NCBI RefSeq assembly: GCF_024521635.1
Contig: NW_026250408.1
Location: forward strand, 1,426,001-1,490,000
Reading direction: 5' to 3'
DNA from: Tricharina praecox
Lineage: Eukaryota
Length of the DNA: 64,000 bases
This document shows, one piece after another, positions 51,134 to 60,426 of this stretch. The translations under genes and the position numbers were made by a program. Position 1 is the stretch's first letter; every line of letters begins with the position of its first letter. A model generated the notes under the pieces. That model was not told where the DNA came from. It saw only the letters and a program-made list of their open reading frames with translations, and ran no database searches.

Positions 51134-54100
51134 CTACCCGCGGCGGCGAGCCTTCTTGGCCGGGACTGGGGCCTCCGAAGTTTCCGGGACCGACGAAGAC
51201 GCAGGGGCGGCACGCTTCCGAGACGACCTACGCAAGGTAGGAGGCTGTGGAGCGGCCGGAGCCATGTCCACGAGAGGCTCGTCGGGGGAAATAGTCATAT
51301 CCTGTTCAGCGGACTTCCCAGCGGCCTCGGACATGGGCGGGACCTCGTCGGAAGCTGTCCCCTCGGGCTCAGCCAACTTTCCGAGCGCAGCAATGACTGC
51401 GGCCTCCTCTTGGGATACGGCCCTATCCGGTTCCGCGGGCACAGCCATGGTCATATCCTTTTTACGGGAATACGTCTTGAGGGTCCTCCTGATCTGGGTC
51501 ACGGGGGATAACCGGAAATTCTGGCCGGAAGCAACCGGGGGTCCGTGGACATACTCGGAGACGGCACTGGAAGTAGCACCGTCTTCCTTGGTTTGCTTGC
51601 CCTTAAACACCAGGTTGATCCTGCTGACAGTCGCAGGGGATATTGCCGGAGTGGCCGACGATTGGTGGGTGCCCTGGTCTGAAGCGATCGGGGACTTGTC
51701 AGTACCCCTCGGAAGGGACTCCTTGACAACCTCTTGCCCTCCCTCCGCAGACGTAGCGCCACTGGCCTCGCTATCGTTCTGCTTGCCCTTAAACACGAGG
51801 TTAATCCTGCTAGGGGTCGCAGAGGGGGTTGCCGGAGTAACCGAGGAGAGCTGGGTGTCCTGGCCAGGGGTGATCGGGGACCCGCGATTGTCCTCGGGAA
51901 GGGGCTCCTTGACCACCTTGCGTCTCTTAGCAGTAGTACTGCTGACCTCGGGGATGACATTTGGAATGTCATCGGCGTCCTCGTCGGGTTGCTTGCGCTT
52001 AGCCCCGACTTTGTCGCCGCTGGCGGCCGGACGAGACTGGTGGCTGTCTTTCGCAGAAGACGACTTTGCCACCTTACGTCTCTTAGCAGCAGCAATGCTG
52101 CTGGACTCTGTGATGACATCAGGGATGTCATCAGTGTCCTCGCCGCGCTGCTTACGCTTAGCCCCGACTTCACTCTCGCTGGCGGTCGGACGAGACTTGA
52201 CGGCCCCCTGGATGGCAGCCACTGGAGATAAGGCTCTGTCTTCGTCAGCGACAATCGGAGGGTCGTCCACGTCCTCGGAAGGAGTAGCAGGATTGTGGTC
52301 AACATCCTGGGAGGGGGGATCCATCACGTCCTCGTGTTCGGATTGCTTAGGTTCGACAGCAACCTGTTTCCCCTTTCCTTTGCTCTTGACCGGCTTCTTG
52401 CCCTTGACAGGCTTCCTGATCTCGTCCGGCTTCCACCTCCTGACAGGCTTCTTACTCCTTCCAGTATTCTCGACAGCTGGTGGCTCGACAGCTGGTGGCT
52501 CGACAATTGGCGGCTCGACAGCTGGTGGCTCGACAACTGGTGCCTCATCGGCTTCCTCGGAAGGTGTAGCAGGAGTGTGGTCAACATCCTGGGAGGGATC
52601 CATCACGCCCTCGTGTACAGGTTCTTCAGGCTTGTCAGCAACCTTTTTCCCCTTTGCTTTAGGCTTAACAGGCTTCTTGCCCTTGACGGGCTTCCTGCTC
52701 TCGTCAGGCTTCCACCTCTTGATAGGCTTCTTGCTCTTTCCAGAATTCTCGACAACTGGTGGCTCAATAACTGGTGCCTCGTCCATGTCCACGTCCTCGG
52801 ACGGTGTAGCAGGGGTGTGGTCAACATCCTGGGAGGGGGTATCCATCACGTCCTCGTGTTCGGATTCTTTATGCTCGATCGCAACCTGTTTCCCCTTTCC
52901 TTTGGACTTAATAGGCTTCGTGCTCTTGACAGACCTCTTGAGCTTTCCGGCAGTCTCGACAACCGGTGGCTCGACTACCGGTGGCTCGTCCATTTCCACG
53001 TCCTCAGAAGGTGTAGCAGGAGTGTGATAAACATCCTGGGAGGGGGGATCCATCACGTCCTCGTGTTCCGATTCCTCAGGCTTGACAACCGGTGGCTCGT
53101 CCACTTCCTCTGAAGGAGTAGCAGGAGTATGGTCAACATCCTGGGGGGGGGAATCCATCACGTCCTCGTGTTCGGACTCCTCGGGCTCAGTCTCAGGCTC
53201 GACCGCCACCTGTTTCCCCTTTGCTTTGGATTTGACAGACTTCTTACCCTTTCCAGCATTCCCGGCAATCAGTGACTCCTGCGGCAGTAACACATCAGCA
53301 TCCACCGCACGTTTTCTTCCGGACCGATTCACCTTAGCATCTTCTGCCTCATCGCCCAAATCGAGAACTCTCGCCACAGCGTCCCACGCGAAACCAACAC
53401 ACGACCACAACTGAAGCACATCCTCCTTTTGCATTCCTTTCGTTCCAGCCCTTGCCACCTTGGGAGCCATGGCACGGAACTCTTCCAGGATGTCCTTGCA
53501 GACAAACAAGTTCTCGGGAGACAAGAAGTCGACGGCGACCTTGATGCAGGCGCGACGATTCCTTACCTGATGCGCGCATCCTGCTGGGATGAAAACTGCG
53601 TCACCGGGGTTCTGGAAGATCCTGTACGAGTGAACACCCATCTTCGCAAGCTGCTCGAGGTCGAATTCGGAGAGGTAGTACTTGTGACGGTGGATAGGGT
53701 CGTCCACAGTCTTGTCCTTTTTCTTCAGGTACTCTCGAAGGGGCACATTTGCAAAACGCGGAAAGATGTCCCAGATAGCGCCGCAGAGAGGAATTTTCTT
53801 GTCGACTGTCGTGCACTTGGGGGCCTTTCTACCGCCGTCGGCATACAGCATGACGTTGACGGCATCAGTAAGGTCGAGGTGCAGATTAGTCGTACCCTTT
53901 ATGTCCTGAACGAGTACGTGCTTCTCCCCCCGAGTAAGCTTCGCCTCGGGCTTCTCAACCAACGGAAGAAAGTCTGGGGCCGGATATGCGTTGTACATCT
54001 TTGGGCCAAGATCAGGAGCTACCCAAGTTTCCGGAAAGTGCGACGCGAGATTGAGTGGACCACTGCGACGTGTGTAGGTGGGATATGGCACTGCATTCTC

Positions 54101-55456
54101 AAAGTCCGCAAAGAGTTCCGGAAAGGCTTTCTTGAATTCCGTTGTCGGAGGCCAGTCCTTCAGTTTCAGCGACTCCGGCGTTGTGCCACCGAATTCGGCG
54201 AAGAAGTCGTCAACTCGTCCCTCGTAAGGTTCATTCGAATCGACAGCACAGTCGTGAAGCTGGCACCGCTCGGTTCCGTACTTGTCAACAAAATACTGGG
54301 CATCCCAGGGTAACTCGAACTTATCCTTCAATCCAGTGAGAACTAGAGGCTTGCCTAGACGCCAGAATTTCTGAAATGCCTCGAGCGGAAGGTCTTCGTG
54401 CTTGGTGGTGGGTACCGGAAGATAATTTTGCGTGCTCGGCGAAGGTGCGGTTATCTCAGGCAGTTTGAGGGTGGCATCGTCGTCCTGTGATAGCCCCGGA
54501 ACCGCCTGTTCGTGAAAGATGAGCTGTTTCATGAGCTCTACGAGCGCTCCGGGCCTCGCACGTGTCAGGAACATCATTTGGTCGTGTTGATGGCGACGCT
54601 TCTTTGTGCACGTGTCTATTCGGTTCAGTCTACCGGCTGTGACTTCACCCGACGGAGTCCATGTCTCCATGCATCCGAGGCACATCTCACGTCCGCAGCA
54701 ACCACACATGTAGGAACCCATGAAGATACCCGTGGCGCAAACGTCGCAGTAGGACCTGGTCGAAGGGAGGTTTTGCGTGCGAACAATCGGGCGAACGCCA
54801 CCAGGAACGGCGTTCTCCGTGATCTTTCCGGTATGGGTATTCTCATGACGGATCTCCCTCTCGATCTGGATGTGGAAAAAGCGAGTAACCCAAGGCTTAA
54901 GATACGTAGCCTGCTCGACCGAAATCTGCATGTCCGGCGCCGGGACTGGCGTCGCGTATATTCTGGAGCTCCTCTTGGGAGATGAAGTCCTCTCATCATC
55001 ACCTTGCTCCTCCTCGTCATCATCTTTGGCACTAGCTCGCCTGGCTCCGCGCTTCTCGGGGGCGGGCTTCCTCTTGCGGGTGGGAACAGGCGCGGCGTCC
55101 TGATTCGATCGGAAGGCGTAGTCGTCATAATGTGTTTTCGTCACTTCGTTCGTAGTCGTCGCCTTGAAGACACGCATTCCGATGTACCGACAGCTACCAA
55201 CGGCGGCAGATTTTTCGATGCAAGAGACGCACCGGTCGTGCTCTTCGGTCATCGGGATTCGTTGACATGTTCCCATCTGAAGTACGGGGTACTCGAGGCC
55301 ATGTTCGTCAACTATTGGTACGTACGTGGTGAGGTCACCGAGCTTGAAAACCTGCGCCGGTGCCTTATCGACAGCTGTTGGAGCCGTGGACTCGCTTCCG
55401 ACCGTCGACTTTGTGTTGCTAGTATTGGCAGCTGCCCTCTTCTTTTTCGGCACCAT
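51134..55456 (-). CDS. KDM3/JMJD1 (JHDM2)-type JmjC histone demethylase-like protein, 1440 aa, intronless, with a repetitive disordered C-terminal half
   Basis: N-terminal CxxC..CRYIGMR and zinc finger CDVCATGIFMGSYMCGCCGREMCLGC. KDM3-typical blocks: FQKFWRLGKPLV, LKLKDWPP, YTRRSGPLNLAS, PDLGPKMYNAY, GTTNLHLDLTDAVNVM, GAIWDIF, DPIH, QNPGDAVFIPAGCAHQVRN, CIKVAVDFLSPE. The Fe ligands HxD..H and the 2OG-binding T/K are intact. Confidence 0.93.
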   Translation of the reverse strand: MVPKKKRAAANTSNTKSTVGSESTAPTAVDKAPAQVFKLGDLTTYVPIVDEHGLEYPVLQMGTCQRIPMTEEHDRCVSCIEKSAAVGSCRYIGMRVFKATTTNEVTKTHYDDYAFRSNQDAAPVPTRKRKPAPEKRGARRASAKDDDEEEQGDDERTSSPKRSSRIYATPVPAPDMQISVEQATYLKPWVTRFFHIQIEREIRHENTHTGKITENAVPGGVRPIVRTQNLPSTRSYCDVCATGIFMGSYMCGCCGREMCLGCMETWTPSGEVTAGRLNRIDTCTKKRRHQHDQMMFLTRARPGALVELMKQLIFHEQAVPGLSQDDDATLKLPEITAPSPSTQNYLPVPTTKHEDLPLEAFQKFWRLGKPLVLTGLKDKFELPWDAQYFVDKYGTERCQLHDCAVDSNEPYEGRVDDFFAEFGGTTPESLKLKDWPPTTEFKKAFPELFADFENAVPYPTYTRRSGPLNLASHFPETWVAPDLGPKMYNAYPAPDFLPLVEKPEAKLTRGEKHVLVQDIKGTTNLHLDLTDAVNVMLYADGGRKAPKCTTVDKKIPLCGAIWDIFPRFANVPLREYLKKKDKTVDDPIHRHKYYLSEFDLEQLAKMGVHSYRIFQNPGDAVFIPAGCAHQVRNRRACIKVAVDFLSPENLFVCKDILEEFRAMAPKVARAGTKGMQKEDVLQLWSCVGFAWDAVARVLDLGDEAEDAKVNRSGRKRAVDADVLLPQESLIAGNAGKGKKSVKSKAKGKQVAVEPETEPEESEHEDVMDSPPQDVDHTPATPSEEVDEPPVVKPEESEHEDVMDPPSQDVYHTPATPSEDVEMDEPPVVEPPVVETAGKLKRSVKSTKPIKSKGKGKQVAIEHKESEHEDVMDTPSQDVDHTPATPSEDVDMDEAPVIEPPVVENSGKSKKPIKRWKPDESRKPVKGKKPVKPKAKGKKVADKPEEPVHEGVMDPSQDVDHTPATPSEEADEAPVVEPPAVEPPIVEPPAVEPPAVENTGRSKKPVRRWKPDEIRKPVKGKKPVKSKGKGKQVAVEPKQSEHEDVMDPPSQDVDHNPATPSEDVDDPPIVADEDRALSPVAAIQGAVKSRPTASESEVGAKRKQRGEDTDDIPDVITESSSIAAAKRRKVAKSSSAKDSHQSRPAASGDKVGAKRKQPDEDADDIPNVIPEVSSTTAKRRKVVKEPLPEDNRGSPITPGQDTQLSSVTPATPSATPSRINLVFKGKQNDSEASGATSAEGGQEVVKESLPRGTDKSPIASDQGTHQSSATPAISPATVSRINLVFKGKQTKEDGATSSAVSEYVHGPPVASGQNFRLSPVTQIRRTLKTYSRKKDMTMAVPAEPDRAVSQEEAAVIAALGKLAEPEGTASDEVPPMSEAAGKSAEQDMTISPDEPLVDMAPAAPQPPTLRRSSRKRAAPASSSVPETSEAPVPAKKARRRG

Positions 55457-56528
55457 TGTTGTTCGGTTCGTGGGGTTGGTCTGGAGAAAGGGATTCGATG
55501 TGTAAATCGCCGTGAGCTACGCTCGTGCTATAATTGTGACTGCGGTCAATATTGTGGTGGGAACGATGGTAGTGTGGGGGGATTGGAGGTGGAAATACAA
55601 GAAAGGTAAAGCTCTGAGGAGATCTTTTTATTCGTTCAGGAAAGGTGGAGCGACTACGGTCGGGATTCTAGGTGGGATGATTGAAGTTTTCGCTTAGTTG
55701 GGGAGGCGGGGCGAGAATTTGTGGTGGAGCGGGAGTGTGCAATCGTTGGTAACGAGTCCGGGATTGAGGTGGGGAGGTGTGGAAGAGACGGGAGACGCGT
55801 TGTTTCATACACGATTAGGCTTGGCACGCGGGATTGTGGGTTTCGTGGGGTCTTAGGAAACCTAAAAGTGGATGGTGGCTAGGAATCTGGAAGACCACAG
55901 AACCAGCAACGACTTTGAAGAGGTACCCGCATGGTGGGCAAAATTGAATACCCGAATAATTACATGCCAAAGTACAGGATTTTTTCCTACCAGGCTACTA
56001 CTCACACTTTATTCTACTGCCGTTCACCATTAGCTGCGTGGTGGGGCGCGGGAGACAACAAAATCACCAACTTGACATCGACACAAAGGGTCACAACCCA
56101 CCAAGGCTTTGTGCTGTTATTTGGAGCGGTTTTCGGATATGTAGAAGTTCTATGACGTATCGAGTTTCAGTTCAAAGTTAGTCGGACAGAGTGATATCTA
56201 TACCCGAAAACCGTACACGTGGGAAGTGGGGTGAAAGAAGGTTGTTTTTCTAGCTCTGATGGTAGGAGCTCCGCTTATCTCTCGCTAAATACCCAATCCC
56301 TCCCCCAGGCGAACCCCATGGGGTCCCTTCTTCAGCCCTATTCCAGGTAACTTTGCACCATTCCTTAACGGATAACATCTTTCCCACGAGCCATCGCCAT
56401 ATTGCTCGAGTGGAGTCCAACACAGATACCGTTGCGTGCGGACTCACACAGCCCTCCTCCTCCGCCCGTCGCAGCGGCTACTAATCGTGGCGTGAGAGAC
56501 ACGCAGTAATCGACTGAACACCAAGGTC

Positions 56529-56845
56529 GATATCGCCAGAATTTGATTTATATACGTGCGGAATATCGCCAGTATTTTATTACCTATTCGGGCCGAATGT
56601 CGCCAACGCTTAATTATCCGCGCGGAATATTGTCAATGTTTCATCATTCGCGCGGAATATCGCTAATATTTAATTACTTATTCGGGCCGAACATCGCCAG
56701 CATCTGAGTATCGCCAGTATCTGATTATTCGTACAAAGTACTAGATATCGCCAACGCTTAATGACTCGCGCGGAGTAGATATCGCCAGTACTTGACTCTT
56801 CGCGCAGACTGCCGGCGCCAGTACGTTTTGATTATTCGTGTGGAG
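56529..56845. repeat. Degenerate ~30-34-bp tandem array, ~10 units (consensus ~ATATCGCCAGTATTTAATTATTCGCGCGGA)
   Basis: The anchor ATATCGCCA recurs at about 30-bp spacing, followed by an AT-rich core and TTCGCGCGGA or TTCGGGCCGA. The array is more AT-rich than its surroundings. Confidence 0.9.
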
Positions 56846-57478
56846 TGCGATTCGTATGGACGGTAATCGTGAGCTTCTGCTCCATACCGACCCACTCGGA
56901 AAACCTCCCTATTCGTGTGGTCGTGTAGTTACTATCTACCTAGTCGATCATGATTCATCGGCTCCCAAGTCGAGGGTCTCCTGCACGTTCGGATAGGAAA
57001 TGAGACGGACGGCTTTGTACCCTAGCTACCGTGGTCTACCAATTGCAGGGAGGTCTGCATCCTACGTAGGGCTGCGTACGTACAGGCTCGAATCGTGAGG
57101 GATCACACGGCGAAAGAATCGCAGGCTGATGCCTACTCGCGTTACACCGGTCCGAAACGCTGCCCGCCTAGGTATCCGCAGGAGACAACCCCCCTCGCGC
57201 TGATACCAGCCATACATTTATGTACTCGGACAGCAAAATAAGATCTACGATGAGAGTTGGCTCCCTTTCCTCCAGATAACCCCGCAGCCACCGGCCCATT
57301 CCGAAGAGAGAGCGACGCCATCTAGATAGTTACCCCGCATCTCCGCACTCTCACTGCGCCTACCAGTATAGTACTCCTCAGCGAGCAACAAGTCCGTGTC
57401 CAGATCCCTTGACCGTACTTGCAGCCAGCCAGTGCTGACTGACATCTCCCCGCCAGCCCATCCATCCGATCCAGCGCC

Positions 57479-59314
57479 ATGGCATCATCGAACCTCGCCC
57501 TGGGCGCGATAGAGATCTACACGACCTGCCTCCGCGGGTACACCATCGTGACAGCGGCACTAACAGAATCCGATGACCAGCAGCTGCTGTACCAGCGGAT
57601 GCGCACGCAGCGCGCCCGTCTCACCGTGTGGGGCGAGAATTGGGGGATCGATCCGCACACGGCGGCCGCATCGCGACACCACCCGCGGTACTCGAGCACC
57701 GGGAAACTGCAGTCTCACCTCGAGAGCGGCATCCGCACCGGGAATGAGATCCTCGATACGCTGAATGCCATCGCGGATCTGTTTGTCAATGGCCGTGTGC
57801 TCCATGACGCCTATGGCCTGGCAAAGATCGCGGAGGCGCAGGAGAGACGCGAGCTGAGGGATCCCGATGTGGCGGATATCGCGCTGAATGGCATCAGTCG
57901 CCTCCCCATGTCGAAGCTCCGGCTGGATAAGAATCGTCTCGGTGCGTGGTTCTGGGGCAGTATGTATGGGTTCAGAAGAATACATTTGCTGATGATATCT
58001 ACCTCCTTAGCTATCGATTATCTTGGCCACTGTCGCTGGATCATCCACGACCCCTCACGCTTCGAGATACTCCTCGAACGGCTCCGTCACCACACGGATG
58101 ATCTCTACAACCTCTCGCCGCCGCAATCCCGCGAGATGATGGACCGCGCTCTGGTCGCGGAGCTCCTGGCGGGCCACAGCCACGTGCAAACCCTGCTGCA
58201 CATACACAACGCCGCCGCCGACGACGCGGCCGACCGCTCCCCTCCGACCAAAGGCTTCTTCTCCGACTCGTACATGACGCTCTCGCAAGCCGCCAAACTC
58301 CGTGCGCGCGCCCACATCGACCCCTTCCTGCGCCGGCGTCTCATCCGCCCGCCCACAGTCCTCGTCCGGGAGGACTTCGTCCTGCACCCGACGACCACCT
58401 GGAACGCCAGCAACTCAGCGTGCCTCGCCACAACTGCCCACCTCCCCGAGCGCCTGGTACTGATTGAGTTCTCGTCCTACCTAGTCGCGAAGCGCCCCCA
58501 GCGCCGCCTCGAAGACAGCATCCACAGCCTGGCGGAGCTCCTCGCGGCGTCCAGCAAGCCGGCGGAATTCCGCCTGCTCCCATGCAGCGGGTACTTCCAC
58601 GACGCCACGCACGGACGGTACGGCTTCGTGTACGACCTCCCCTCCTACCTTCGCCCGTCCACGCCGTCCTCCTCCCTCTCTCTCCGCCGCCCGACCACCC
58701 TTCACTCCCTCCTGCACGCGCTCCGGGACCCGATCGATCTCGGCGCGCGCTTCACACTGGCCAAGCAGCTCCTCGCCACGCTGCACATCATCCACGCGTG
58801 CGGGTTCACGCACAAGAACATACGGCCGAGCTCGATCCTATTTCTAGCGGCGGAGTCGTCAGACCGCAAGGGGCCGTCGAAGTCGCGGCGGGTCGCGCTG
58901 AACAAGCCGTTCCTTATGGGCTGGGGCGTTAATGTCGAAGAGCCCGATAAGGCGCATGAACGCGAGAAGGATCTATACTCCCACCCGACTCGTCTGAGGT
59001 ACCCCGCGAGACCGTATATCCCCGCCTTTGACATCTTCGCGCTCGGGGTTGTGCTCCTGGAGATTGGGCTGTGGCAGAGCGCGGATAGTTTCGCGGCAGA
59101 GATTACGGATTTCTCCACGGAGGAGTTTAGGAATGTGCTCAGGAAGAGGGTCGTCCCCGACCTGAGGAGTCAGTGCGGCGCCGTCTATGAGGGCGTCGTA
59201 CAGCAGTGTCTCGGCATCAGCGGCGAGGAGGGCAGGGACCTTAAGGAGGAGAGGGAGATGGAGAAAATGCTCGTGTGGGATCTGATGAGGGGGTTGTGGG
59301 GGTGTAGTGCGTAG
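57479..59314 (+). CDS. HeLo (prion-inhibition) domain plus protein-kinase-like (probable pseudokinase) protein, ~588 aa spliced (57479-57941, 58011-59314)
   Basis: N-terminal hydrophobic helix (LALGAIEIYTTCLRGY) and HeLo motifs RLTVWGENWG and RWIIHDPSRFEILLERLRHHTDDLYNL. Kinase-fold motifs: FRLLPCSGYF, YGFVYDLP, RFTLAKQL, HKNIRPSSILF, PFLMGWG, LYSHP, DIFALGVVLLEIGLW. The 69-nt intron runs GTGCGT..GCTGAT..TAG. Confidence 0.88.
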   Translation: MASSNLALGAIEIYTTCLRGYTIVTAALTESDDQQLLYQRMRTQRARLTVWGENWGIDPHTAAASRHHPRYSSTGKLQSHLESGIRTGNEILDTLNAIADLFVNGRVLHDAYGLAKIAEAQERRELRDPDVADIALNGISRLPMSKLRLDKNRLGAWFWGSMYGFRRIHLLMISTSLAIDYLGHCRWIIHDPSRFEILLERLRHHTDDLYNLSPPQSREMMDRALVAELLAGHSHVQTLLHIHNAAADDAADRSPPTKGFFSDSYMTLSQAAKLRARAHIDPFLRRRLIRPPTVLVREDFVLHPTTTWNASNSACLATTAHLPERLVLIEFSSYLVAKRPQRRLEDSIHSLAELLAASSKPAEFRLLPCSGYFHDATHGRYGFVYDLPSYLRPSTPSSSLSLRRPTTLHSLLHALRDPIDLGARFTLAKQLLATLHIIHACGFTHKNIRPSSILFLAAESSDRKGPSKSRRVALNKPFLMGWGVNVEEPDKAHEREKDLYSHPTRLRYPARPYIPAFDIFALGVVLLEIGLWQSADSFAAEITDFSTEEFRNVLRKRVVPDLRSQCGAVYEGVVQQCLGISGEEGRDLKEEREMEKMLVWDLMRGLWGCSA

Positions 59315-59815
59315 TCTACTATGTAGTAGTAGTCGGATGGTGCGCGCGCGGGTGCGGAGATACCATTTGAATCTTGATAATTGTGTGCGATTTACTAGGT
59401 AGATAGCTGTTTTTGGATTCCAACCGATTACCGATGCCGATGTGTGGATAGTACTATAGTTGAACTCCTGTAGAAACATGCGATTGAGCTGTCACGTAGA
59501 AATGCCACGCAGAATCGTAACCACCGTATCAATTCCCCTCCCCGTTCCCCCCCCCCTTTTCCTCCGAGTCCCACCGGGTATCATTATCGTCATCGTCACA
59601 TCCAAAATTTCGTTACAGCAATGCCACCCCCTCCCCCCACCTTCCCAGCCGCGCGCGCGAAAAGCGAAAAGCAAAAAACATAGAAAGCCACAACTCCGTA
59701 AGACGTAAGACAGACGTTAGACGTAAGAAACCACCCACCACCTGCACATGAGCCCGCCCTCCCCCTCTCCCCTCTAGCCGAGCCTATGGTACACCTCCCG
59801 TGCGCGTGTTTGCGC

Positions 59816-60426
59816 CTAGTACCCAGCCGCGGCCCTAACCTGCCAACTAACCATGCCCAACCAGACGAGACAAAAGCACGCGATCATCTCCACCGCAAAA
59901 GCCGTTTTCCAAAGGTTGCACATCCCCTCCTGCTGGATGCGTGCAAGCGTGTCGAGTGTCCGCCCGCCCCAGAAGCCCGCCTGGTACACGTAGCGCACAC
60001 AGTTGTCGTTGACGCTGCCCATGGGCCCCCACAGCTCGATCGAGGACTTGATCAGTCCTGTGAGCCAGAGGACGAAGAGGATGAATGATACCAGGAGGAT
60101 TGGCAGGGGCAGGAGTAGGTGGATGTGGTATAGCGCGATCACGGTCAAAACGAAGATGAGCGTGACGCTCGCGACGGCGATCAGAAAGTAGTAGTACCTA
60201 TTGCAGCGTTAGCTGCCACCCCTCCCCCCCCTCGTGTGCTCGGGGATACAGACCAAGGCACAACCACCATCAGCCGTCCCTGGACATACGAGAAGTACGC
60301 GTAGGTGCCGACAGTGACGGACGCGCAGATGAACAGGATGCTCAGCAGCAGCGCGAGCGCCAGCGTCGGCCACCGGAAGGCCCGCACAGTCCGCACGTGC
60401 AGGATCCGCTCGCCAGACGAGCCCAT
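59816..60426 (-). CDS. MARVEL-like four-transmembrane protein, ~184 aa, 2 exons (60426-60254, 60197-59816)
   Basis: Phase-2 intron GTCTGT..GCTAAC..TAG joins MGSSGER...VVPW to YYYFLIAV... There are four hydrophobic segments, FILFVLWLTGLI, and a Cys pair in the second loop (NDNC...GMCNLWKTAFA). Confidence 0.82.

Noticed and set aside
56529..56845. CRISPR-like appearance of this array (and of 25855-25987 and 47246-47465)
   Set aside because: Eukaryotic context with no cas genes. The units are degenerate tandem copies whose intervening parts are homologous to each other rather than unique spacers.
50300..57200. Terminal inverted repeats, LTRs or target-site duplication around the JmjC gene
   Set aside because: No matching termini found by eye and no transposase, integrase or recombinase in the window, so no mobile element is called.
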